A DNA stretch of 64,000 nucleotides from Dendrobates tinctorius (lineage: Eukaryota): NCBI RefSeq assembly GCF_039654945.1, contig NW_027361788.1, positions 42,718,001 through 42,782,000 of the forward strand. The letters run 5' to 3'. Both the position numbers and the translations under genes were made by a program. Under the pieces are notes generated by a model. It saw only the letters and a program-made list of their open reading frames with translations. It was not told the DNA's origin and did not search any database. Positions 24,901 to 35,500 of this stretch are shown here, one piece after another (positions within the stretch are counted from its first letter, which is position 1; each line of letters opens with the position of its first letter).

Positions 24901-27900
24901 ACAGACTAGGAGGACCCAGAAGGGAGACACCAGGGCGGAATACAGAAGGGCCGTGACCAAGGGACCAGGAGGAAGGGGCGAGGAGAAGGAAGGACAGGGC
25001 AGAGACAGCCAGGGAGAAGGAGAGGGAGCTAACAGGAAGCTTTAGCCAAACAGTGGGGCCAGAACAGAGCGTGGAGTATCACACAATCCTCAGGCGTCCT
25101 CTCTACAGTGAGGACGCCTGAATTACCTTAGGGTCCGGAAGTGGGAGGTACGCCCAGCCCTCAGCGCCGCCCACCGCCGGCAGAAGAAGGAGTGCTGGCG
25201 CGCGCCCGCGGCCTAAGGAGAGGGCGCAGAGAAGTAGCAGAGCAGGAGGCAGGGTAAGAGCGCGCGCTGTGGCGAGGACGCTGATGGGGGGCGGTGGCAG
25301 CTGGTGCTGCCGACGAGGCCACGCGACCGGGCCCTGCCGAGGATGCTACAATACAGAGGACAGCAGGGAACTACAGGAGAACTGTAGCGGCCAGAGGGTG
25401 CAGGAAGACTACACGATCATCAGGCGCCCTCCTCAGAGAGGACGCCTGAAATATCCTGGCACCCGGAAGTGCGTCCCCTGACCCTGCCCCTCAGCGACGC
25501 CCACCGCTGGAGGGAGAGAGCGGGAGGGTGCGCGCGCGTGACCGAAGGCTGATGCCTGGAGCCGCAGCAGGGCGGAACACAAAGCGAGCGCGCGCGTGGA
25601 CGGGGGCGCGCAGGTGAGAGGACGCCGCGGCGTGCACAGCCGCTGAAGGGGCATCGGCGGGCACAGCCACCGATGTCACAAGGCCTCTGAGGTTTAAGAT
25701 TGTCCTGAACGATTGGTCTGTTTTTTTTTATCAGAAAAAGGGGGGGAATAGAACCCCGTTCCCTTCTATATGTTCGGGACTTCGGAAAGGACCTGCTTGT
25801 CTACCAGGCTCAGGATCTCTGATTCTAAGGCCAACTGCTCTTCGATCGCCTTCCTGATAGGGGTAACAACAAACGCTGTTTTTGGCTGGCGAATAAAGGG
25901 GATTTTCAGGCCTTCTCTTATAATGCATAGGGGATCCAGGTATTGGAAGAGATCTTTCCCCAGGCTAGAGAAAAGAGTGCCAATCTCCCCCCTACCGGAA
26001 TGCTGGCGTCAATGTGGGGTTTTTTTTGAAGTGGAGGTGCCTCCAAACATAAATCCGGACTCCTTTTTTCTTTTATCTTCCCATCTCCTTCTATCCGCTG
26101 GAGGACGACCCCTGTTGAATCTTCCTCTCCGAAAGGGCAGCCTTCTCTGATCTGCTGGGAATCTGGGAAAGCCTTTCTTTCTATCACTTTCTCTAGGATA
26201 TAATCCAGATTTTTCCTGAATAAAAAATGACCATTTTTTCCTCTCCTGTAGTCCCCCAAACATGACATCCTCCAGAGATTTAGCCGCTTTTTCTTCCTGT
26301 AGGCCCATTGTTGCCCTGATGGCCTTGAGGAGAGCATCCGTGTCTTCTACCGTAAAACATGGCTTACCACCCGTGTCACAGTCTGAGGAGTATGAGGAGG
26401 ATGGGTGTTCGGTCTGAGACAAGGCCGAAGAGGAGCCTAACGTGGAACTAGGGGGATTCTTCCTACTCTTTTTCCCTTTTTTCAATAAGGCCTTAATTGA
26501 ACCTTCCATCTCTGACCTATTGGCCGATATAAGGTTGGTTGCGAAACTAGGCGCTTCTTCTGCCATGGTTCGCTGGAAGCAACTGGCACAGAGGTCTTTC
26601 TGCCAGTCTCTTGCTAGGGGGCTTTTACATATGGCACAATCCCTATTCTTCTTACTCCCCGCTTTCTTAGGCTTTTCCTACGGGGTTAAACATACAACAG
26701 GGTACCCCTATTATTAACAGATTGCTAGCATTCACGAAGATCACTCACCACCCGTAATCAAGGGTACCGGACTCGGAGGCTGTGTCGGAGCACGAGATCT
26801 GTGCTCTCTGGATCTTGAGGAGTCCCCCGACTTGCGGCTGGGGCGACTGCTGCTTGAATGGCTTCCATGCTTGCGGCCGGAGGACTTCGAGGGAGGCAGA
26901 GTTGGTGGAGACGGCGATCGCTCCTGCTCTGACTCCATCTTTGACCACCCGCCATGCCGCTCTCCTTGTTTAAATAACCCGCCTCCATCCTGGTGGGTGT
27001 CTTCTCCCCTCCCCCCTGCGACCGCCGGCCGACCGCTTCGGAAAAGCCGGCCGGCATCACACCCGGCGCCATGACACCGTCGCCTAGCTGACGTCAGTCG
27101 GCGCGCCCATGATCCATTGCGCCGCTGACGTCAGCAGCCGGAAGACTCCCGCGGCTCTCCCTCGCTAGGTGCTCTGGGAGAGCGAAACCGTGGGCATGCG
27201 CGGGTGGAGGTAGACGCGGTGGAGCCTCCAGGAACCGCCGGGAGCCGCCACGCATGCCCACAAGAACCCGGAGCCCCAGGGGTCACCGGGGACTGCGCTT
27301 CCAGGACCCGACGGCCGGTGCTACAGGTGAGGCACCCTGTCCTTCCCGCGCCGGGACGGGCCTGGGACCTTTACCCATGATAGGCACTTCTGACAGTGGG
27401 ATTCCCTTCCAGGACAGGAACCCAACTGAAGCGGGGGAGAGGTGCCGCCCCTTATATCTCAGTAGGTTCCTGTCCTGGCGGGGCGGATCCCTCTCTCAGT
27501 TGTGCTGTCATAGGTGAAGGGAAAAACTGCTGTTCACAAACGATCTCCATCAAACCTCACTGAGCTCGAGCTGTTTGCCAAGGAAGAATGGGCAAGAATT
27601 TCAGCCTCTTGATGTACAAAACTAATAGAGACATACCCCAAGCGACTTGCAGCTGTAATCGCAGCAAAAGGTGGCGCAACAAAGCATTAAGTTAAAGGGG
27701 CAGAATAATATTGCACGCCCCACTTTTCAGTTTTTGAATTTCCACAAAAATTTAAAGCCACCATTAAATTTCATTCAACTTCACAATTGTGTTCCACTTG
27801 TTGTTGATTCTTCACCAAAAAATTACATTTGGTATCTTTATGTTTGAAGCATGATATGTGGGAAAAGGTTGAAAAATTCCAGGGAGCCGAATACTTTCAC

Positions 27901-30001
27901 AACGCACTGTATAGGAGCGATCACAGAATCAACAAAAGTTTTGTTGCCAATAGTCAACAGGGACCAAAAACGTGTTAGATTAACTGCGATAGATATGGGA
28001 AGAAGCAGATGTGAAGCAACCAGGAGCCTTTATCCTCCAGTGCGGTCATTTTCCAGAACTGCTGCCTCCCTGGAGACCAGAAGAACACGAGACACGGCCG
28101 AGGTGAGGAGGCCGAGCTCGACCACCTCTGAGCAAGAAACAGAAGACGAAGCATCAGGACGGGCCAAGAAATAGCTAATATATTTCTTACTGGTTTTATG
28201 AACTGATGAGAGGAGCATCACTGGATGGAGCAGGTGGAGAGGCCGTGTCTCGATCAGTAACGGGCACAGACCGCCATCTCAACTCAGACGCCAGCCAGGT
28301 GGAGGTGGGGGTCACTGTCTCATGGGCTAGGATTGAAGACAGACGCTAAATAAAGTCCCAAACCTACTGCCAGTTTTTAGAAGACACTTTCTTCCAGCAG
28401 TGGTTCCAGAAAATCTGTACATTTTTCAAGAAAACCCTGATTTTACTGCTGGACAATGCTCCACCGTGACATCAAAGTCTCCACTGCTCTGTGTCTGTAT
28501 CGGCCTTAAAAATGGAAGAAAAATGAGCTGGCTGCTTCCTCACACGACAAACCCTAGCGAGAACTTGAGGACCCGTCTTACATGGAGATTTATGGTGAAG
28601 GACGACCGGCCCTCTCTGAGCAGTGTCTGGGGGCCGTGCTTTGTGCTGCCCAAAAACATGACCAACAGATGAAGAAGCGGACAGATATCATGGATGGAAG
28701 GTAATGACTTATTGAAGAGAGGGGCGGCTATATTACTATATTAGTCACAGATTTAGGGGGAAATGTCAGATATGTATTTTGTACGTTTTGAGTGAAAATA
28801 AACAATTGTGATGGCATAATGTATGTTTTTAATTTAGTTGGCCAATAATTCTGCAAGGAGATATTCTACTAAGAAAGACAAAACCGCACTTTTACTTTCT
28901 TAAATATTCAGGTTTATTAACCTTCTGGACTGACCGACAGCCCTGGAGTTGTGCAATCATAAAAGTTATCAAAAATACAAATTGCCTAATAACTATGAAC
29001 ACGGTGTAGATACCCCACTGAGCAAATAGTGTGACAAAGGAAAGGCTGGACGGTATCACACAGGAAAAGGGTAAGAACCCTCACTCTGAGAGTATCACAT
29101 AGGCCAGGCTTAGACCCCTCATTTAGCACAGCATCACATAGGTCAGGCTTAGACCCTCACACCACTCAGCACAGTATCACATAGGCCAGGCTTATACCCC
29201 CCACTCAGGAAAATATCACATAGGCCAGGCTTAGACACCACACTCAGTACAGTATTGCATAGGCCAGGCATAGATCCCCCACTCAGCACAGTATAACATA
29301 GGCCAGGCTTAGACCCCCCCACTCAGCACAGTATCTCATAGACCAAGCTTAGACCCCCCCCACACAGCAAAATATCACATAAGCCAGGCTTAGACCCCAC
29401 ATTCAGCACAGCATCACATAGGCCAGGCTTAGACCCACCCACTCAGCACAGTATCACATAGACCAGGCTTAGACCCCCCCCACTCAGGAAAATATCACAT
29501 AGGCCAGGCTTAGACCTCCAACCCAGCACGGTATCACATAGGCCAGGCTTAGACACCACACTCTGTACAGTATTGCATAAGCCAAGCTTAGACCCCACAT
29601 TCAGCACAAAATCACATAGGCCAGGCTTAGACCCCCCACTCAGCACAGTATCACATAGGTCAGGCTTACTGTGATGCCATGACACTAACCACAGAGTACA
29701 ATGCACTTACCCCGGAGCTCTCGGACTGGGAGCCGGTGGTGTAGGACCGCTCTCTCTGCACAGGAGCCCTGTATGAGGAAGGAACAGAGTCACTCATAAA
29801 ACTTAACCCTGAAGTACAACAGTACAGTCACCAAAACTTGTGCGAAGGGACGAGTCCTCACAGAATCAGGACATGACATCACAGCTATAATCAGACATGA
29901 TACTTCTCCATACTGAGCTATCTGCCATCTTACCAGGAGTCCCCTTCATCCACAGCTTCAGTTTTTCCGGTCACGTCCATATCCATTGCCTTGGGTCCCA
30001 T
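15905..30001 (-). CDS. Rho guanine nucleotide exchange factor, ARHGEF3/NET1 family (5' part; remaining DH-PH exons lie beyond the window start)
   Basis: In-frame GT-AG exons 30001-29934, 29768-29711, 19753-19700, 17296-17189, 17113-16952, 16849-16787, 16001-15905. They encode ...EPSNKRVKP...KLWSETFD...[15 protein letters not shown]...[21 protein letters not shown], diagnostic of ARHGEF3/NET1. Start codon and first exon are less certain. Confidence 0.88.
17860..19145. repeat. ~59-bp minisatellite (about 21 units)
   Basis: Unit GATAACAATATGGAGGCCGTCCAACCAACCGCATTACACAGTGCTCAGCAGGGTCGGT with variant patterns. Confidence 0.95.
20398..21250 (+). pseudogene. Tc1 transposase, 5' part (frameshift ~21178; 3' part at 27526-27690)
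   Basis: Paired-like HTH; WSDET; FQQDNDPKH; then in another frame [20 protein letters not shown], giving D34E spacing once the frameshift is repaired. Confidence 0.9.
21606..22394 (-). pseudogene. DIRS tyrosine recombinase (disrupted)
   Basis: RVSD, H-x-x-R (HFIR), AATW and TFFKGYRL motifs; stop and frameshift near 22134 and 22400. Confidence 0.85.
24178..25680. mobile_element. Solo LTR (1503 bp) inserted in DIRS RT
   Basis: TGTGAC...GTCACA termini; 5-bp TSD AGGCC at 24173-24177 and 25681-25685; internal duplicated blocks. Confidence 0.85.
29085..29668. repeat. ~39-41-bp minisatellite
   Basis: Unit CACTCAGCACAGTATCACATAGGCCAGGCTTAGACCCC; reverse-complement relative of the 38270-40032 array. 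Confidence 0.92.
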
Positions 30002-31003
30002 CAAGGATGGTGGACGGGTCTGGTTGTCATGGTAATCGCTGCTCCATCGTCCGTTCTGTGCATCCTGTAGATCATGTCGTGAAGCTACGCTAGTGACATT
30101 TCTGCTGCCTCTGACCACATCTTCCTGTCATAGGTAGCTGTCAGTGTGGTGAGGCGTACACATCACTTCCCGTAGCTTCGCTGTCACCCCAGGGTGTGTG
30201 TGGGCTATCAGGCACTTCCTGACTTCAGGCAACAGCCACATATGAAGTTACATGGCACAGTACTACTACCCCATCATCCCCACTACTCCCGAATAGTAGC
30301 ATCAATGTGACTTTCACACAGAGTGAAGTAATGTAGGACATACACATTGCTCAGCAGCAGTCAGGGGACCGCTGGGGGTCACATGGCGGATTGTGGGACC
30401 CCTCCAAGGATAATCTTAATCTGCTTCTCAAGCCCATCACTGACCACCGCCGGTCATGCTGGATGAAGCTGACGGCAGCGTAGCATTCACTGTGGAATCT
30501 GGCTCACACAGGTGCTCAGTGTGAACCTACTCTCATTTGTTAAGGGAACGGGACAGCAATGGTGGACCTACGCTGTGCTGGGATGTGAATGCAGGTCCTA
30601 CTATAGGACGTCCCTCCTGCCACCACCATAATCAGTTTCTGACAGTCTGGTCATGCACAGCAGCAGTCATTGACAGTATCTTGTGAGGCATGGCCACGCT
30701 CCTCCAGATGCTTCTTGCACAAAGGAGCAGATACCGGCCCTGCACTGCGGGTAATGCCCTTCTACTTCCTGTGTAACAGCCACATCCTGGTACCTAATCA
30801 ATGTTCTTCAGGCTGGAGCCACAGCAACCACATGTGCCATCCCAGAGTAGCTGGACAACTTGTGCCACTGCTCATCCTACCAATAGAGACAAGGACATGA
30901 GCAAAACGTAAGGAGTCTGGGAGGATAAGCGCATTTTTGGAAAATCACAGCAAAAGTCTGCATTTTTGCCAAGATTACAGAAGAAAACATAATGCAACTG
31001 CAG

Positions 31004-31135
31004 CCAGGACTGGCCGCCCCCCTGCACCCAGGACTGGCCAACCCCCTCCCTCCTACGCCCAGGACTGGTCAAACCCCCCTGCACCCAGGACTGGATGCCT
31101 CCTCTGCACCCAGGACTGGACAACCCCCTGCACCA
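31004..31135. repeat. Short ~24-30-bp tandem repeat
   Basis: CCAGGACTGG repeated five times with C-rich spacers. Confidence 0.75.
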
Positions 31136-32514
31136 TTCCCTTTTAGAGGCAGTCTTTCTATTCTCTCCTGTTGTCACTTTCGTAAGCACCAAAGCCAGTG
31201 GGAGATTCACAATCCCTTCTGCAACGTGACAGAATCATTTTTTTTTTTTTGCAGTTTATAAAATGGTAGTTTTCATGGCGGTCTTCCACTGCGGACCAGC
31301 ATCAACATCAAATGTCCCCCACTGTATTTGAAAAGGTGAAATAAGAGGAAACATTCACGGCACATATTGAGGGCTGTGGATCTCAAATCCACAGCACTGG
31401 TAAGCTAAGGTTACGTTCCCACGATGAGTATTTTACACTGTGTATTTGCGAAAAAAATACAATTTCCCAAAAATCCGCAACGTCAAAAACTCACCAAAAG
31501 CTGATTGTGGGAACTTAGCCTTACATTGCAGAATATTAATCACCAAAAATTTTCTATAAAGTGCCTGTAATGTAATACCCAGGAAACGTTCCATCTGGCT
31601 TTAAAAACAGCCTGGTCTCCACCCTGTGAGGACGGACCGCAGGCTCTGAGCACACAGAATGTAGAGGAGTTTTTGGAGTAGATCTGCTCTAAATTAGGCT
31701 AATGGTTCAAAAAACACTCTTCCCATTCATTTTTATGGTAAAACCACTTTGCTGGTCAAATGTTTGGGGTTTGTGAGCATTTTTTTCCCACTTAAAATTT
31801 TGAAAGAAAAAGCCTATTGGGGGGGGAAAGAAAGTGCGCATCAGTTCTTTGAAGCGGCTCTTGATGGAAAACGTTCCAAACCAGAAACCGTCCAATCAGG
31901 CGCTAAATCTGTTCCTAAAGGTTTGAAAAATACAACTGCTTCAGGATATAAAAAACCTCCCGTATGAACTCCCCAGAAAAGGAGCTTTTCCTGAAATAGT
32001 ATCCACTTGAAAAACTTGTAGATTTTGACAGGATCAAAGACTTCTGCATAAAGCCTATTGACAAGTCCCCATGACTTTCTAATGGAGAAGAATGTGTGCA
32101 TGGCTGAGGAAATTTATCACCACATAGTGCCCACGTAATTCCACCAACTGTTTAATCAATGCATAGAAATCTCAACACATTGAGCAGTGTATGATCAGAT
32201 TTAATAAATATCCGCTGAGCTCTGACCTTGCAGCGTCATGAGCCAGCCATGACAATATAGAAGCATTATAGACATCGCCTGGCACCCACTTGAACATTTC
32301 GGTGAACATACATGGGTATAAGCATCTACAGATACACACAAATGGTCACTGTAAAGAGAACAGACATAAAATTATATATATATTCATCTCCCAGGATAGG
32401 TGAAGACAAAACATAAACGCAGGGAAGTTTCACCACTTCCCAAAAGTCTAATGTCCTGTACTGGTGGGATTCATTCTTTGTCCTCTATCAACATTTTGTG
32501 AAAATTGGAGATGC

Positions 32515-35500
32515 TTAGCCAGACTGAACTTGTTCCCGTTTCTTCTGGGCAAGCAAAGCCCGATATTGCTGACGGTTCTCCTCAATGCTGCTCTGGAGAG
32601 AGGCGACTTCAGCAGCCAGGATGGTCCCTGAAGGAAAGAGACAAGACATGAATACCAGCCAAGAGCAGACCTGGGACCACCGTCACTCAGTCTATACACC
32701 GACCTTGCCGGAAGTTACTCTGTGCTTGCCGTAAGCTTTGCGGGACCAAAACTCCAAACCAGCGCAGAGGGTCGTTACCCACAGGAGATTTTGGCATCTC
32801 ACGTTCCTCTGCTGTAGTGGGTTTCGGTGATTCCTTGCTGCACTTATGACCCCGATGGCGGAGAACTAGAACAGAATCAGATAAAATACAATAAAACATG
32901 ATGACTCACATCTGAGCAATCTCCTCTAAAGAACCCCACACCGCCCCATTGTGTGTGACCCTCACTCCTGCTCAGTACTACAACCTTCACTTACGGAGCC
33001 ATCCCCTCCAGACAGTCTCCAGCCACGAGCTCCCAGAATTCACTGCACTCCCATAAAGAGGGACCGTCGCCCCTGTTCATACTGAGGCCTACTGGTGCAG
33101 CATAGAATACCTCAATAAAATATCTACTCACCTTGATCTGTACTTCCGACGTTCTCCACCTCTGGGAGCTTCTCTTCCGTCACTTTGTCCTGCGTGTTCG
33201 GCTGAACGTGCTCTGCAGTGAATGTCGTCAGCCCGTCCTCCGCAGCGCTGGACATAGAGAAGGAGCATGGAGGAAAATCCAGTGATGCATTCAAATAAAC
33301 TGATTACTGCTCCTAATTGTCAGGACATGCTGAGAGTTGCAGTTACACCACAGCTGAAGAGACACAGGTCATAGGCTACGGTACTACGAATGGGGAGAAA
33401 TGCTGTATGACTGTAGTTAACCCTGAATTTCATACACACAGGTCAGGGAAGAAGAGATATGGAGTGCTGTTTGCAGGCTGCTGACAATAAAGACCTGCTC
33501 ACGATGTTCTTGTGACCCTAACTATTCAAATATCATCTCTGCAGGGTAACGGCTGTAGGATTAGACTAGACTTAGATGCCATTCCGCTAATAGGGTTAAG
33601 AACAGTCCTACTGATCAGCATGATTCACACCGATAGTCAGCACAGGAACAGAGGAAGAAGGCTCATTAAATGTTGACCATGCAAACAGCTCCCTATACTT
33701 CAGCATCTTACACCCTTGCCACTATGAGAATCTGACCAGATGATTTTATGGTGGGCTATTACTGCTATGACCTTATAGAGAAGATTACAGAATAAAACTA
33801 AGAAATAAAATACTGCCCTCACCTGTCCTGGACAAAAGGAGAAAAAGACCCCAGCATATAGAGCGCACACCCAAGACAATGAGGTATGTGATCAATATAT
33901 ATCAATTTTATTAGAAGACAAAATCACACAATAAAAACATTTAAAAAAGCAAGGCACACCCCCAAATGTCCCAAACAGGTCAGACAACAAACCCTAATAA
34001 ACAGACATCACTAGTAAGATGTGTAATTAGACAAAATGTACATAATAATACATAGAACATGACCCAACAACCCTAAATCTAGGCGTCCCCAGAGGAAAAA
34101 AAAAATATGACACAGCTGCTCACTAAAAAAGTGGTTATCAAGAGACCAGGAGGCACTATAGGTGAAGTAGCCATCCACTATAGGAGTAGAGAGAGTAATA
34201 CACCAACACACACTTAAGAGGGGCCCTATAGGAAACCCTGGTAAAAGAGGGAGCAGGAGACCATCCAATATAGGGATGGACAGAAAGTCTGGACTGAAAT
34301 GGAATAACTACGGGCAAAAAGATATATAAGGATGCCACAAAAAAACATAAGAAAATGGTAAAAGATGGAGTCACCATAAGAAGCAGTCCAACATGCAACG
34401 TCAGGGGTCAGGTCGTCAGAGGAAGGTGGTCCCGGGACCAGGGGTGTGTGGGGAGCCCCACGCGTATCGCTGCTAAGTGCAGCTTCGTCAGGGAAAGTCA
34501 GATGATAAGCAGTCAGTCTTAAATAGCGGTCAATCAAGCACAAAGGAGGGAGAGGTGTGTAGAAACATGAGGGTCATAGGTAACAAACCAATCAGAGTAA
34601 ATGCCAAAGCATAGACAGCTTCAGAGAGCGGACAATAATGAGGGAGGAAGTGCTGAGGGCTGGTGACGTGTCAGTCAGCCCGCGCACGCCCGCAGTGATA
34701 CTGAGAGCGAGTATACATGAGAAACAAGGCAGGAAAAAAAAGTTCAACTGCGCATGTCAGAAATCGGGCTGCGGCGTGAAGACAACAGTATGTGTGCGCA
34801 CCCAGCAGAAACATGATAGGGGCATACTGAGCGAGGTGGGCAGGAGAGAGGATTGAACTGCGCATGTCGAGAGAATAGGCTGCGGCATAAAAACAGCAGT
34901 ATGTGCACGCACCCAGCAGAAACTTGGTAAAGGCATACTGGGTGCAGCAAGAAAAACATGAGGGCAGGTCTGCGAAGTGTGGAGTGAGTGTAGGAGCATT
35001 ACAATCAGGACTGGCACAAAGAGACAAAGTAGCGCTCAGCGTAAATGGGCACAATAACCCCAGATGAATAAAGAACATAAAAGGGGCAGGAGTCAAGATG
35101 CTGAAACCATGGGGTCAAGTATGGTGGCGCCATAATCAGGGCTGGCAAAATAGGAGCAACAAATGGTGCTCGGGTAACAAGAGGTGCACAAATCTCCTAT
35201 GGACATAAGGCTTAAAGAGGGCAAAAATCACGTCACCAAAAACCTGGGGCCAAGAAATAAAATGGAAGAGTGCGACAAATATAAGCACATCTCTGCTTAT
35301 AATGAGGGCAGAAAACGAGATGAGGTGACCAAATGAGTCTAAATAAAAAGGGAAAAAAAAAAAACACAAGAGCCACAAAGCAAAAGCTCAGGACCCTATA
35401 AATAGAAGTACCACCTGAGAAGATGGAATAGTGACGGGCTGATATTAACTATGACTTCCCATGACGAAGCTGCACTTAGCAGCGATACGCGTGGGGCTCC

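Larger units (their letters stand above)
21251..27525 (-). mobile_element. DIRS1-like tyrosine-recombinase retrotransposon (full span, frameshifted)
   Basis: Inverted terminal repeats at 21290-21382 and 27421-27514. ICR at ~21495-21585 joins both termini (…CCATGGTGG-TTTT-CCCTTCAC…). gag-like region 25700-26950; RT ([15 protein letters not shown]) 23695-24141; RNase H (TDASSSGWG); methyltransferase-like (IDLFA, VFPP); YR ([22 protein letters not shown]) 21606-22394. No TSD. Confidence 0.93.
20007..27909 (+). mobile_element. Tc1 (DD34E) transposon with ~200-bp IR/DR TIRs, interrupted by DIRS
   Basis: TA flanks; TIRs CAGTGCGTTGTGAAAGTATTCGG / CCGAATACTTTCACAACGCACTG; transposase continues after 27525. 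Confidence 0.93.
19877..29008 (+). mobile_element. Old degenerate Tc1-like element (resembles TRT/DD37E) split by the younger Tc1 insertion
   Basis: Left TIR-like CTGTGTGGAAAATTATTAGG (~19877) and right TGCCTAATAACTATGAACACGGTGTA (~29008). Decayed transposase resumes at 27912 and includes [11 protein letters not shown] and LDNAP motifs. Confidence 0.6.

Noticed and set aside
15905-30001. Calling this gene ARHGEF4 from human 2q21 synteny
   Set aside because: Peptide motifs match ARHGEF3/NET1, not the SH3-containing ARHGEF4 group.
29930-30118. Longer N-terminus starting at GTG 30118
   Set aside because: No ATG, and an in-frame stop lies just upstream. It would require an unidentified upstream exon, so ATG 30001 was used provisionally.
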